A DNA stretch of 64,000 nucleotides from Gordius albopunctatus (Eukaryota): positions 13,640,001 through 13,704,000 of the forward strand of contig OZ193909.1 of NCBI GenBank assembly GCA_964276515.1, read 5' to 3'. The notes beneath the pieces were generated by a model. It had not been told where the DNA came from and ran no database searches. It was given only the letters and a program-made list of their open reading frames with translations. The position numbers were made by a program, and so were the translations under genes. Positions 1 to 11,788 of the stretch are shown here, piece by piece (the stretch's first letter is position 1; each line of letters opens with the position of its first letter).

Positions 1-750
1 ACAACCTTAGGTCCCTCGCTTTTGACGGTTCCGGTCACGAGTGGCTTGAAGCCTATCCCAGCAAACTTTTGGGAATGCTGCTTGAAGACTTTGAGCTATC
101 ATATTCAATAACTTTAAGGTTGGGGATTAGTTACAGCAGAGAATTCAACTGTCAAAATTGTCTTACCGTTGTAGACTAATATGCTAGGCACCCTCTACAC
201 TGCCTAGAAAACAAATTTAAATATGTTAGGCACACTAAAGCTAATTTATTAATTCAAGCTGCCCTTAAAAAGGAAAAAATCCCCTCAATCCTTTAGCCGT
301 CAGATCCCTCTCTTGAATGTAGGATGCGCCCTGACGGCTCTTCTCTAGTCCACTGGCAAAATGGCCTATCCCTCAAATGAGATTTTACTTGTATTGAACC
401 TTTTGCCCCTTCCCTTTTTAATTACGACCCTATCGCTACAGAAGAAGGGCGTAAAACTACAAAGTATTCTGCCCTTTTGACAACCAATATTTTTATCCCT
501 GTCGTTGCCTCGTGCTCCGGTTCCTTTCGCAAACAGGCAATGGGGTTTTTTAAAGAAATCTGCGTCCTTTTTACTAAGTCAACAACTAGGGATTCTTGTT
601 GCACGATACAACTTTAAATCCTTTGCCGACTCATGGCCCATTTTAGAAGATAATGATATAGATCTTTGTATTTAACCAATATGTCTTTATTTTTGTATTT
701 CGCTTATTTATGTAACTTTGTTTCGTGATTTTTACATTAACCATAAAAAA
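1..750 (+). mobile_element. 3' end of a decayed CRE-like non-LTR retrotransposon (CCHC + restriction-like endonuclease)
   Basis: Manual translation through stops gives CQNC...HPLHC...RH...RPDGSSLVHWQNGLSLK*DFTC...KTTKY...FIPVV, the zinc knuckle and RLE pattern of CRE-type elements. It is followed by a T-rich 3' region and a short A run near 745-751. Confidence 0.7.
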
Positions 751-1654
751 ATTGTGATGAGGTGATATTTGTATGGACTAAATTTAAGAAATATCTACCA
801 ATAGATTTCTGGCCAATTATAAAAGAATGCCTTTCCAAATGAATATTTACGCGTATTTCTTGGCTATTGCTCAAACTTGATTGACAAGAATGTTCAGAAA
901 TATTATATTAGATTGATCTCTCAGTTTAATGGGCATGGCTTCTCTATATCTATATGCTTGAGTATTTTTGTATTGGTTGTATATTTATGCTGGTTATGTG
1001 AGTTAATAATAATGGATAAGTGCGTTGAAATGTAAATCTTCATGCATAAGGAGAGGTGTGTATTAATTTTTTTGAAGTTCTCTGATTTTAACGCTTGTGT
1101 GAAATTGAATGAGCTGTTAGAAGATATTACATGTCTTAATTTAAATATAGATGAAGTGATTATTATAGCTTCAAGTGATAACTGTGACACTGCCAAGAGT
1201 GGAGATGGAATCGATTTTAATTTGAAACCTTTACCTATGTCAATAATTTCGCCATATTCGGAGGTTATTAGTTTTGTGGATCTAGATAATCCATTCCTTC
1301 AAGGTAATTTGACTTAGCAGGATGATGAAAATAAATACCTCTCACCTGGCCGCATAGAAGGTTTTATCAGACACATTTTATTTACATAAAAATCTTTTAA
1401 GAATATTTAGAACAAAATTTTCAGAAGATGAAGTTCTGAAACTTATAATAAATATGACTAATCTACCAGACAGACTCTTGTAACGATTTCGATGTATCCA
1501 ACTGCATTAAAACTGGTATTTTAATGGGATGTACCAAATTAATGTTTTACGAGAAGATGATAGATTTTTCCAGAATTTAGAAATTATATATATAATTATA
1601 AAGGTATTACAGGACTTCATTAAGAAGAAAAACACACACGCTCACTCAAACGTT

Positions 1655-1890
1655 ACCATCCTCCTCTGGATATCCCATTCACTCATTACACTCGCGATCA
1701 CATCACACCTCTGGATATTCCATTCATTCACTACATTCGCAATTACTTTACATCTCTGGATATTCCATTTATTCACTACATTCGCGATCACTTCACATCT
1801 CTGGATATTACATTTATTCACTAAATTCGTGATTACATCACACCCCTGGATATGACATTTATTTATTACGTTTGCGTTCGCATCACATTG
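1655..1890 (+). repeat. 45-bp tandem repeat, about 5 copies
   Basis: The core c(t/c)ctggata recurs at 1664, 1709, 1754, 1799 and 1844, directly upstream of the Gypsy gag remnant. Confidence 0.9.
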
Positions 1891-1909
1891 TTCACAGTCC
1901 TTTCAACTA

Positions 1910-4100
1910 CACTTGGCTAGTCTCATAAGTCGCAGAGGAGGTAGAAGATCTTATATTCGAGGTTCCAGAATCTGCTTCATATGACAAACTGAAGGAGGCA
2001 ATCGTGAAAAGATTGGGAGACAGTGATGAGAAGAGGGTTAGGAATTTATTCAAGGAGATATTCCTCGATGATCGCACACCCTCACAGTTGTTAAGGTATT
2101 TAAAATCTCGTTTAGGTAGTAACGTGATGGACGAAAAGATCCTTCGAAGCCTGTGGATCGATAAGCTGCCACATCGGGTAATCAGTATTCTAGTCACATT
2201 GGGTGATGACCAACCCCTGGACAAAATTGCAGAAGAAACAAGCCCCACAACAATCAAACAAATGAAATACAGGAAATATACAAGGGAATTTCAAACTTGG
2301 AATTGAACTTTAATCAGTTAACAAACAGACAGGAAGGATTTCATAGAGATCGAAGACAAACAATTAGATCAAGATCCTCATCGAGACAACGGACAGGTAA
2401 CGTTTTTTGGTACCATCATAAATTCGGAAAGGAAGAGAAGAAGTGCGTGCAGCTATGCAATTTTAACACCAACCCCCAACCAAAAAACTGACAGGTCGTC
2501 TCATATTGGCGACTATTAGAAACGGCCGTACTTTCAGCCGCCTATTCTCTTTATTTGACCGGTACACCCAACATTTTTCAACCACAAAACCCCGACCGGT
2601 ATTATAACTGAAACACTCAGAAGGAAAGTTTTCGATCACTTTCATGCTTTATCTCACCCTAGCATACGCGCAACAAGCAAGCTGATTTCAAGATTGTATG
2701 TGTGGCCTTCGATGAACCAAGACGTTAGAAATTGGGCTAAGTATTGTTTAAATTTCCAACTAAACAAGGTATGCCCGGAACTTTCGCACAACCAGATGCA
2801 AGATTCTCACACATACATGTCGATTTAGTTGGACCACTGCCGCCTTCAAACGGTTTTACACGTATTACTTTAACAACAATCGATCGTTTCTCGAGATGGC
2901 CCATGGCCGTTTTACTCAAAGAAAATCTACCGAAGAGATCTCTGCCGTGCAACTGTCTTAAATTTTTATTTTCGGGCGGGCCCGGGCGGGCGGCACGAAG
3001 ATAGGATTCGGGCAATTCGGGCTTAATATGATTTTTTAAATAGTGTATTATTTTGTTACTTTTTATTTTATTGCATATTAAAATGCTAAAAAAGTTAAGA
3101 AACTTGATTTCGCCATCACAAAGTTTCTCCAAGTAACCTTTATTATTTCTTTATCATTCGTCGCTTTCGCTAAGTTACTACTTATTTTCATGATAAAAAA
3201 TTTCTATACCTTTCTTTTTTGCTTTAAGTTCAATGAATTATCCATAAAGTGCATTTAAATTCTATTGATAAATTATTGTATTTTTATCAAAAAAGTAAGT
3301 TTTAACAGAGCAGAGATTGACTAATTGAACTAATTTTATTCATTAAGAAGTTTATTTATGGGTAGGGCAAACGGGTTAACTCAAAAGGGGAGTATAATTT
3401 CGTTTATTGTAATATTATTTATTAAATATGTAAACTTTAACTTAATTAAAAAATTGCTACATAAATATTTTCATGGACTTGTTTTATTAAATATGCCATT
3501 AATTTAATGCTTATTTTTTAATTGTGGTTGAAAGAATTTGATTTCGGGCCGGACAGTTCGGGCAGCTTTAATGTTTCGGGCGGGCACCTAGAAGGTTCGG
3601 GCGGGCTCGGGCGGGCAATGAAGTTAAAAAATTGAACCGGTCCGGGTTCGGGCATAAAATTCCTAACAAATCTGACCTCTGGTCCCAAGTACAATTACTA
3701 CCAACAGAGGATCTCAGTTGCAGTCAAGACTTTTCAGACAACTATCCAACAAACTTGGATGCAAGCACATTAAAACCACTGCCTACCACCCATCAGCAAA
3801 CGGACTTGTGGAACGATTCCACAGACAATTAAATGCATGTTTAAAGGCCACCGAAAAAATCAAATGGAGTGAAGTTTTTCCACTCGTGTTCTATCCGTGC
3901 TACAATCAAGGAAGACATTGGACTAACACCATCCGAACTCGTATATGGAACCAACATAAGACTGTCTGGAGACTATTTTCTGCAGCAAACTGAGGTCGAA
4001 CAACAACCGGTAATAGAACTGCATAACTTTTTAGAAAAACTAAGAAGGGCAATGATTGAAATACCGTACACCATACACCCTTGTAGATTTTGAAACTCCT
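1910..4100 (+). mobile_element. Decayed Ty3/Gypsy LTR retrotransposon (gag + integrase remnants; RT/RH not seen)
   Basis: Gag: DRTPSQLLRYLK...LWIDKLP and WYHHKFGKEEKKCVQLC. Integrase: RFSHIHVDLVGPLPPSNG...IDRFSRWP, VPSTITTNRGSQ, TTAYHPSANGLVERFHRQL, TPSELVYG. Multiple frameshifts. Confidence 0.9.
2945..3681. mobile_element. Non-autonomous DNA element (MITE) with GGGCGGGC-rich subterminal repeats, inserted in the Gypsy integrase
   Basis: Interrupts the integrase between RWPMAV.. and VPSTITT. Right end is TGACCTCTG. It shares GATTCGGGCAATTCGGGCT and TTTCGGGCCGGACAG blocks with the 45986-46403 copy. The left end and some integrase codons are missing. Confidence 0.7.
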
Positions 4101-4644
4101 ACACTTGTGTGACAATTTGGATTTGTCTGACTGTGGAGTTCTGATATTTAGATGTTAATATTAATTACGAATTAAACAAACAATCAGTTAAATTTGATTT
4201 CTATCAATCCAGAATATCGTTAATCCGATAATAAGACAAAATTCATAATATTCGTGAGCACTTTGGCTTATATAACAAATACATATGTTCTATATAATAC
4301 CACCATTACAAATTAACTGTATGTTTAAGACATCCTTCAAAGTTCCTTCTTCAGTTAGGTACACAGTTATTGTCTTTGTCTTTATATGACCTTCGAGAGC
4401 TTTGTCTGACTACATATTCATTCCATTCTCTTTGTCTATAGGCTGTCATCATATTAACAGTTTGCTACCTCGCTTTATGTTCTTAAATCTCCACATCTGG
4501 TACAGTCTAATAGTCCCCCTCCCCTTGGAATAAATTATTGGAACTTGAGCTATTTTTATGTTGAACTTAGTAATAAGATCATGAAGATCATAGACGAACT
4601 CAACTATAATCCTTTGTCCCATAACGCAGGATAATTTAATTTAA

Positions 4645-4891
4645 ATGGCAAAGAAAAAAGTAGCAAAAGACTTAAAAAAACTTAGTGATTTATTAAACTC
4701 TAAGATCTCCGATAAAAATATAAATTATTCTATACGAGGCATCAAAATTAAAAATTCTTCTATGAACTCATTAAATAAAGTATGTTTTGTAATTGAATAA
4801 TAATTATTTATTGTAGAGCAATATTCAATTGCCAAAGACCATAACTAAAATTGATATTGAAGAGACAATTAGTTTATTACAAAATTTATAA
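4645..4891 (+). CDS. Putative small basic protein, 69 aa, RBIS/C8orf59-like (exons 4645-4779, 4817-4891)
   Basis: MAKKKVAKDLKKLSDLLNSK...NSLNK|SNIQLPKTITKIDIEETISLLQNL*. GTATGT..TAG intron of 37 nt in phase 0. The C-terminus resembles my recollection of the RBIS C-terminus (VNVDEATRLMALL). Confidence 0.4.
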
Positions 4892-5156
4892 AAAATTTGA
4901 ATTATTGGTAAGTTGAATATGAAGAATCATGTATTATTTATAATGGATTTTTTATATTTAATGATATGTTTATGTTATATTAAAAATATAAGTATATTAT
5001 CAGTTTGAGTAATATTTTGATTTTTAAATGAATATGTTTTGCATGTATAATGCACAAACTTATTTTATTTGTTTTAACTAATTGCTTGTTAGAATATTAC
5101 ATTAAAAATAGCCAAAGTTTATTCTTTAAAATATAAATTTTAACAGCACTATAGAA

Positions 5157-6694
5157 ATGAGTCCATCAATTCCTAATACAAACAAAACACCAAGTGTTTG
5201 GCCAACTTATAAAGGGGTTCAACAAAATCAAGTTAATCACACTAATGAGAAGCGCTTAGCCTCACTCAAAAGAAAAAATCTAGAGATCAATGAGCGTAAG
5301 CAACAAATAAAAATTTCTCTGGAAAATTTTGACAGCAATCTCTCCTCAAATATTGATGCAAGCATATTACAGAGGAAGCACATTTTTTTCAAAGATGAAG
5401 AAATTGTGAATGAATTTGATACTGCTCAGAAATATGTTTTAAATAAAAATGAAAATTCATCTCCAATTAAAAGTTTAAAAAAGAAGTTATTTATAGAAGA
5501 TGAAGAGTCAAGAACAAAGACAAATAATGATCAAATGTTATTTAAACCACAATTTGAAGGAAAGAAAGGAGAAAAATTGTTAAATCTGAGTTTAAAGTAT
5601 TTTTAATTATTCTTATATCTGTTGAATGAAGTTTTATTATAAATATTACATTAGTGTTGTGATTTTAATTCCCTTTTTTATATTTTAGGATTGGTCAGGA
5701 TCAAAGATTTATTTTGAATGAAAACTTTGTTGATAGTGGAGAATCTGATGGTGAAGAACGTTGTGAGATAAATGGAAAAAGGGTTGTAAATACTTTACGA
5801 AAAATGCAAGCTGATGGAGATGACATATCTATCAACGAAGAGATGGAAATTTATGAAAGGGCCCTACAATCAGCCACAACAAAACTTTTTGAACGCGGGG
5901 AAAGTCCAAAAAATTTAGAAGACATTGCGGATTATATACCCTCTATCAAGGGGCAAAAATATGAAAATAGTTCCTTACGTAATGACTATAATGGAATCTC
6001 GAGGTTTTTTAAAGATGTCCAAGCACCAAAAATAGCAGGGGAGGTAAGAAGTTGCTCCTCTATCATAGAAAGATTTGACCCAACTCGAGCCGATCACTTA
6101 GAAAGGTTTGAAATTAAGTCGACAATACCCGTGGAAAAGACACAATCTCCACCCAAAGAAAAAAAGAAAAAGACTGATAAAGTAATTGTTAAAACTTCAG
6201 AAATTAAAGTCGAATCTGATGAAAAGAAATATTATACGGTTTATCGCGATTTGAAAGGCGCTTTCGGTAATACATCCACCAGCTCATCCTTTACAATATT
6301 AAAGCCTCCCAATGACGTCTCTGTATCCGATGCTGCTCAAAAACCTGTTGAAAATGTGACCACTAAAATTTTTAATAAGGCTTTAGAATCGCATTTTTGT
6401 GAAGAAGAACGCTTTGTATCTCTTCCCACCCAAACCGAAGATGAATCAAATTTAACCGGCTCAAAAGGAGAATATAATTTTTTTATATCTACATCCGTTT
6501 TTGAAGACCCTACTTCGAACCTTAACGCGTTAGTTTCTAATTTTTGCCAAAGACCCAGCCCCAATGCAGATCCTGAAGCTTGGGAACGCAAAAGGGCCGA
6601 GTTATCGCATTTGTTTAAAACTAAGCGAAAACGTTATATACGCCACAAAAAATTCTCTTCACGCCGCTTACCCGCATTTGGAAAAAGAAACTAA
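5157..6694 (+). CDS. NOL8: Nucleolar protein 8-like (exons 5157-5596, 5689-6694), about 481 aa
   Basis: NEKRLASLK...KHIFF...LF...KPQFEGKKGEKLLNL|KIGQDQRFILNENFVDS matches the NOL8 core. RFDPTR..H and a basic W..KR..L C-terminus are also present. A 92-nt GT-AG intron joins ORFs 5157 and 5714 in frame. Confidence 0.85.
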
Positions 6695-7779
6695 TTGCTT
6701 TATGTATACCTATGTAGATGCTTTTTATTGTCTACGGTTTTATATTAAAAATAGGGGGCCGATGGTTTAATCAAAATGGAGGCTCTAGATCAGTGTAGAG
6801 CAGTGGATTATCTCTTTTGACATCACACTGGCTCGAAGTTTTATCTAATTAAGTCCATGTCTCAGATCCCTCATATGTTTATAAGGCATAAAATAAAAAA
6901 AATTATTCATAAATAAAACAAAGTAATGTAGTTGAAACGAATATATCAAGACAATATAAAAAAATTTACATGGTATAGTAAGTTTGTCTACATATGAATT
7001 GTAAGAGCACAAAATGGAACCGGGTGACAAGAAAACTTTAATATTTTCAAAAATAATAGAAATAGTAAAAAACTATACAACAAAGTATTTATAAAAATCA
7101 TTATTGCCACAACCCCGAAAAATCTTAGCCATATCTAAATTTATATCAGGAAAACAATCTAATTTATAGTAATTTGATCCCACAGTCGTGGAGTTTGTTT
7201 TGATTAGTTTCTTCCATCTTGACCAGGTGAGTGCCATATCTTGACTAATCTCTTTTGTTTTCATTACTTTATCGCCGGGGTCTTCCTCTCTTCTCCGCTA
7301 TCTCTATGTCAAGGACTTTTCGATTTACGTCATTCGTGCCCTTTCTTAGTATATGCCCATACCACCTAGCCAATTTTCGTTAATCATGTCCGCCATAGGT
7401 TGAATACCCATTTTTGTGATGAGAAAGACATTCGTCATATGGTCAAACTTAGTGTACCCCAAGCTCCATCGTATCATTCTAATCTCTGTGGCTTGTAATA
7501 GCTTTCCTTCTGTGGTGTTTAATGCCCATGTTTCACTTGCATATAGTAACACCGGTCTTACGATGGACTTGTAAGCTTTGCTCTTCAATCATATTGGCAT
7601 TTTCTTGTCGCACATTACAAGGGATATACTTTGCCATTTGAGACAACCTTTTTGGATCAGGGCATTGACTTCTGTTGCGCAACCTCCCTCTTCATGTAGC
7701 ATCGAGTCGAGGTATGAAAACCTTTCTACTTTAGGGGACTTTAGATGGTCATCCAGTGTGGGGCTGCCTATAACCAGAG

Positions 7780-9333
7780 TAGTGATGCGGAAAAACCGAG
7801 AAAAATCTCGGTCTCGTCTCGAAAAACCGAGACGAGAATTTGAAAAATGGAGTCGAGATCGAGACGAGAATTTTGATGTTGAGATGAGACGAGATTTTTT
7901 CGGCGAGATCTCGACTTTTTATTGATCGTTAGATTTTAGTTAATTATTGTGTATTTTAATTATGGAATATATTTGATATTAAAAAAATTCCTAAGTGTTT
8001 TAAATATTATACATTTTTGCAAAAAATTTAAAATTTGGCAATCACTTACCTTAATATTGTTAACCCCAGTGGGTATGTGAATAATTTTATAATATATTTC
8101 TCATATATAAGTATCCATAGCATTATTTAATATTACATAATTTTATGCTGAGAATGAGTTCTGATGGAATAGTAAATATTACTAAAGCATATTTGTATTT
8201 CGCAGTTACTCATCCTGCATGATGCGGTAATTATAAATTGGTGTTCAATCATTTTGAATAATTTTACAAGTTAAGCTAAGGTGGCTCGAGATTTTTGAGC
8301 ACCCGCCTAACGATTTCAAAAGTACAATAGAGTATTTTAATGACATCGTAATAGGTTAAATTTTAAATCATGAGTTTTTTAGAAGTTTATATGCTTTAAC
8401 TAAGTTCATTCAAATCTACTATAATTTCTATAATTGTAAAATATAAAATAAATATACAAACCTATACTGTATTCAATAAATAACTATTTCATAACAAAGT
8501 TAATTAGAATTGTAATGTAATTATTTGGAATATAAATTTTATTATAATGTTTTTGTCATACATATAAATCTTTAATTTAAAGTTTAAAACTTTATGTTCT
8601 TAATCCTATAATAATGCTGCTTTTATTGTACTTTTTACAACGTTTTAATTTGTGCAACTAATAATAAATTCTGTAAACAATAATAATATCATTAAAAGTC
8701 ACTCGCACTTTGTGGTTTATAGTGCTATAGTAAACATGCAATAAACACTATGGACTATAATTGATGATGGTAATATCAATGGACTTAAATGTTTACCTTA
8801 AATATGGTAAGGTCTACTTTGAAGCTTTAGCAAGAGTTAATAAAGGGTCTCAATTTGCTTAATTATGCAACTAAGTCAACTGTAGGCGAATTTATAATTT
8901 TCTAAGTCCATTTATAGTTGAGAGACACAGTTAATTTGGTACAAATGTTATAATCTGTTAAAAATAAAATTTAATTTTCTATATTTCAAATTTATTTATA
9001 GTTTTTTTAGTCTGTCTTTTCCATAGAAAATGTTATCTTTATGAATTAATTCATATCTTTATATTGTCAATAAAACGTAGGGTCCCGCTATATCTTCAAA
9101 AAGTTTGTCTTAAAGTTTTTCAAAAGATAAAAAAGTTTGCCATTGGATTTTTTAATAATTATTTAATATTTGTAATAAAACATAAAAAAATTTATTTCAT
9201 ATATATATTTTTTCTAAAAAAGTCGAGACGAGACCGAGATTTTTCTAGACCGAGACGAGATCGAGATTTTCGTAATCGCTCCCGAGACGAGACGAGATTT
9301 TGTTTTCGAGACCGAGACGAGATCGAAACACTA
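7780..9333. mobile_element. Non-autonomous hAT-like element with CGAGA subterminal repeats
   Basis: Termini TAGTG...CACTA. Perfect 8-bp TSD AACCAGAG at 7772-7779 and 9334-9341. Confidence 0.85.
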
Positions 9334-10364
9334 AACCAGAGCTGTTAAAGTTCATTTAGATATGAACTAGTTCAAGTTCATAGTTCAGTTGGAAAAAAAC
9401 GAACTAGTTCAGTTCTTAGTTCAAATTTTACAAAAAGAACTAGTTCAGTTCATAGTTCAGTTCATTTTTTTTATTATAGAATTTTAATCCGATCCTAGGG
9501 GTCTTTGAAAAACGTTTTATCTGATCCAAAATCAGTTTTTTGAATCTAAGTCCGATCAGCAATTTTAAAATTCTATGAAACAAATTTTTATTAATGATTG
9601 AGTTTAATTATTTAAACTTATTATTGTTTAATTTAAATCAGAAAAAGTCCATTATAAATTCTAATTTAATAAACATTTTTCATATACCAATATCGTATCC
9701 CTTGATACGAGTATATCCCCCTCCCCTCTTCCCATATTATTTTATACAAAGGGATGCCGCCACTACACATCTCTCACTTTCTAATTAATTTCAGTACGTG
9801 ACTTTCCCTTTAAAGCGGTTTAATTTCTAGTACGCGTATATCCCCCCCCCGACGCGCTTATATGTATTTGTTATTTCTCCCCCCGATATTATTATTGCAC
9901 GCGTCATTGAATTTGATAACGCGATTCGATTATTATTATAATTTTCCTTCTTGGTTTTATAATTAATAACTGAATGAAACAGGCATGTAAGGGTTAGTAC
10001 AATAAATTTAAGTATATCCTTATTCCGGCCCTATCCCCCCACCTCGTAATCCACCTATATCACCGCTCGTATATCTTCTAAAATAAAAATAGAAAAATAA
10101 TCCATCGTACGAATACGATAACCAACAAGCCTTTTTGTACAAAACTAAATCAGCTATAAAATTCTGAAAAACAGTTTCATTTAATAAAAAATGTTATTAC
10201 GTAAAAAAATTCAATGTGTAAAACTTTTATTTTTATTTCAAACAATATAATATATAACACCCTTGGGTAAACCTGCCCTGCTATATATGGTTGGTCACCA
10301 TTTTGTTTGTCAGATGGCATAATCTCATTAAATTCGTCCGTTTCTTTATATGTATCATAATAAT

Positions 10365-11078
10365 AAACTTGGGCCTTCGGCCCTCGTGGGAAGGAGGAGG
10401 GAGGAAGGGAAGGGAGAACTAGATTCATCTATACTCCGTATAAAAGTAGCATATTTGTTATGCAATTTATGGGCGAGAAAGGTGGGAAGGGGCGAGAATG
10501 CCTATAGACGGGTATTAAATGCAAAATAATTGGACTGACGGCCATAGGGTAATTATCAATGTTAGCTTAGCCTAATATACCAATTCAAAAGCAAAAAAAA
10601 ATTAAAATTTCGAATCACAATTTGGCCATTGGTCATTTTTTCCATTGGTCAGTAGCCAGCGGACGGTCAAAAAGTCATATTATCAGTGGCATTAACAAGA
10701 ACAAAATATTAATTTAATTTAAAAAAAATTTGTCCTCTCCGGGGATTGAACCAGCAAGTCAGAAAGTTGAAAGACGATGTAAGAACCTTGGAGGACTGAC
10801 GGGCATAGGGAAATTATCAATGTTAACCTAATATACCGATTCGAAGGCTAAAAAAAATTTCGAATCACAATTTGGCCAATTTTTTCCATTGGTCAGTAGC
10901 CAGCGGACGGTCAAAAAGTCATATTATCAATGGTATTAACAAGAACAAAATATTAATTTAATTAAAAAAAATTTGTCCTCTCCGGGGATTGAACCGGCAA
11001 GTCAGAAAGTTGAAAGACGGTGTAAGAACTTGGAGGACGGACGGACAACAAAAAGCGAGCCCATAAATTGCATAGCAA
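10365..11078 (-). mobile_element. DINE-1/HINE-like (Helentron-associated) non-autonomous element with about 2 central repeats
   Basis: Inverted subterminal repeats at 10455-10474 and 11059-11078, a GTCC microsatellite next to the 5' subTIR, a ~240-bp internal tandem duplication, and a terminal GGGCCGAAGGCCC hairpin at 10371-10383. Confidence 0.65.
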
Positions 11079-11499
11079 TTAATAAATAATTACAATTGAT
11101 AATAGAAATCAGGGGAAAGTAGATTGGAATTGGACTTGAATAAAATATTAGTTTCAAAATTATCATTTAATAAACATGAACTAATAAAATAGGGTTGGCA
11201 TGTGCATTCAACAAATATTTCTATATGGAAATTCTAATTAAACACACGATATATACTTTATTAGAAATTAAATATTTAACGACAAAGTTAGTTATAAATG
11301 GGAGGCAATTTTTTGTTATATAAAATGGGACCATAAACATTAATATCATAGTTTAGTTTTCATTATAATGATTGTTGTTATATGTGTATTTATATTTGAC
11401 ACACTGAATTTGATATAAATGTTATAATTCGCTAAAACTAAAAAAATTTATATTCTACACTTTACGCTTATTTATAGTCTTTTTTTATATTGCACTTTC

Positions 11500-11788
11500 T
11501 ATTTTAATTTAATATTGGATCTATCTTTATATTGTCATGACACGTCGGTATTAAAATTTTTGAAAAATAAAATAGTTTGCCATTTCTGATTTTTCACTTA
11601 TTTTATAATTTTATAACACCAAGAGAAATTTCTATTTAGTATAACATTTTTTTTGAAAAGTCGAGACAAGTCGAGAAATCTCTCGAGACCGAGATTTTTT
11701 TAGACCGAGACGAGATCGAGATTCTCATAATCGCTCCCGAGACGATATTTTCTTTTCGAGACCGAGATGAGACGAGATCGAAACACTA
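11500..11788. mobile_element. Right end of a second CGAGA-family hAT-like element
   Basis: Similar to 9050-9333 and ends with the same CGAGATCGAAACACTA. No left end found. Confidence 0.7.

Noticed and set aside
1655..1890. CRISPR-like array / ORF 1529-1855
   Set aside because: The units are contiguous degenerate 45-mers with no unique spacers, no cas genes are present and the context is eukaryotic. The ORF is a by-product of a repeat length divisible by 3.
6337..6770. ORFs overlapping NOL8 in other frames or strands
   Set aside because: Shadow ORFs of the real CDS.
7578..9348. RD-rich ORFs 7578-7925 and 9064-9348 as SR-like proteins
   Set aside because: They are translations of the CGAGA subterminal repeats of a MITE.
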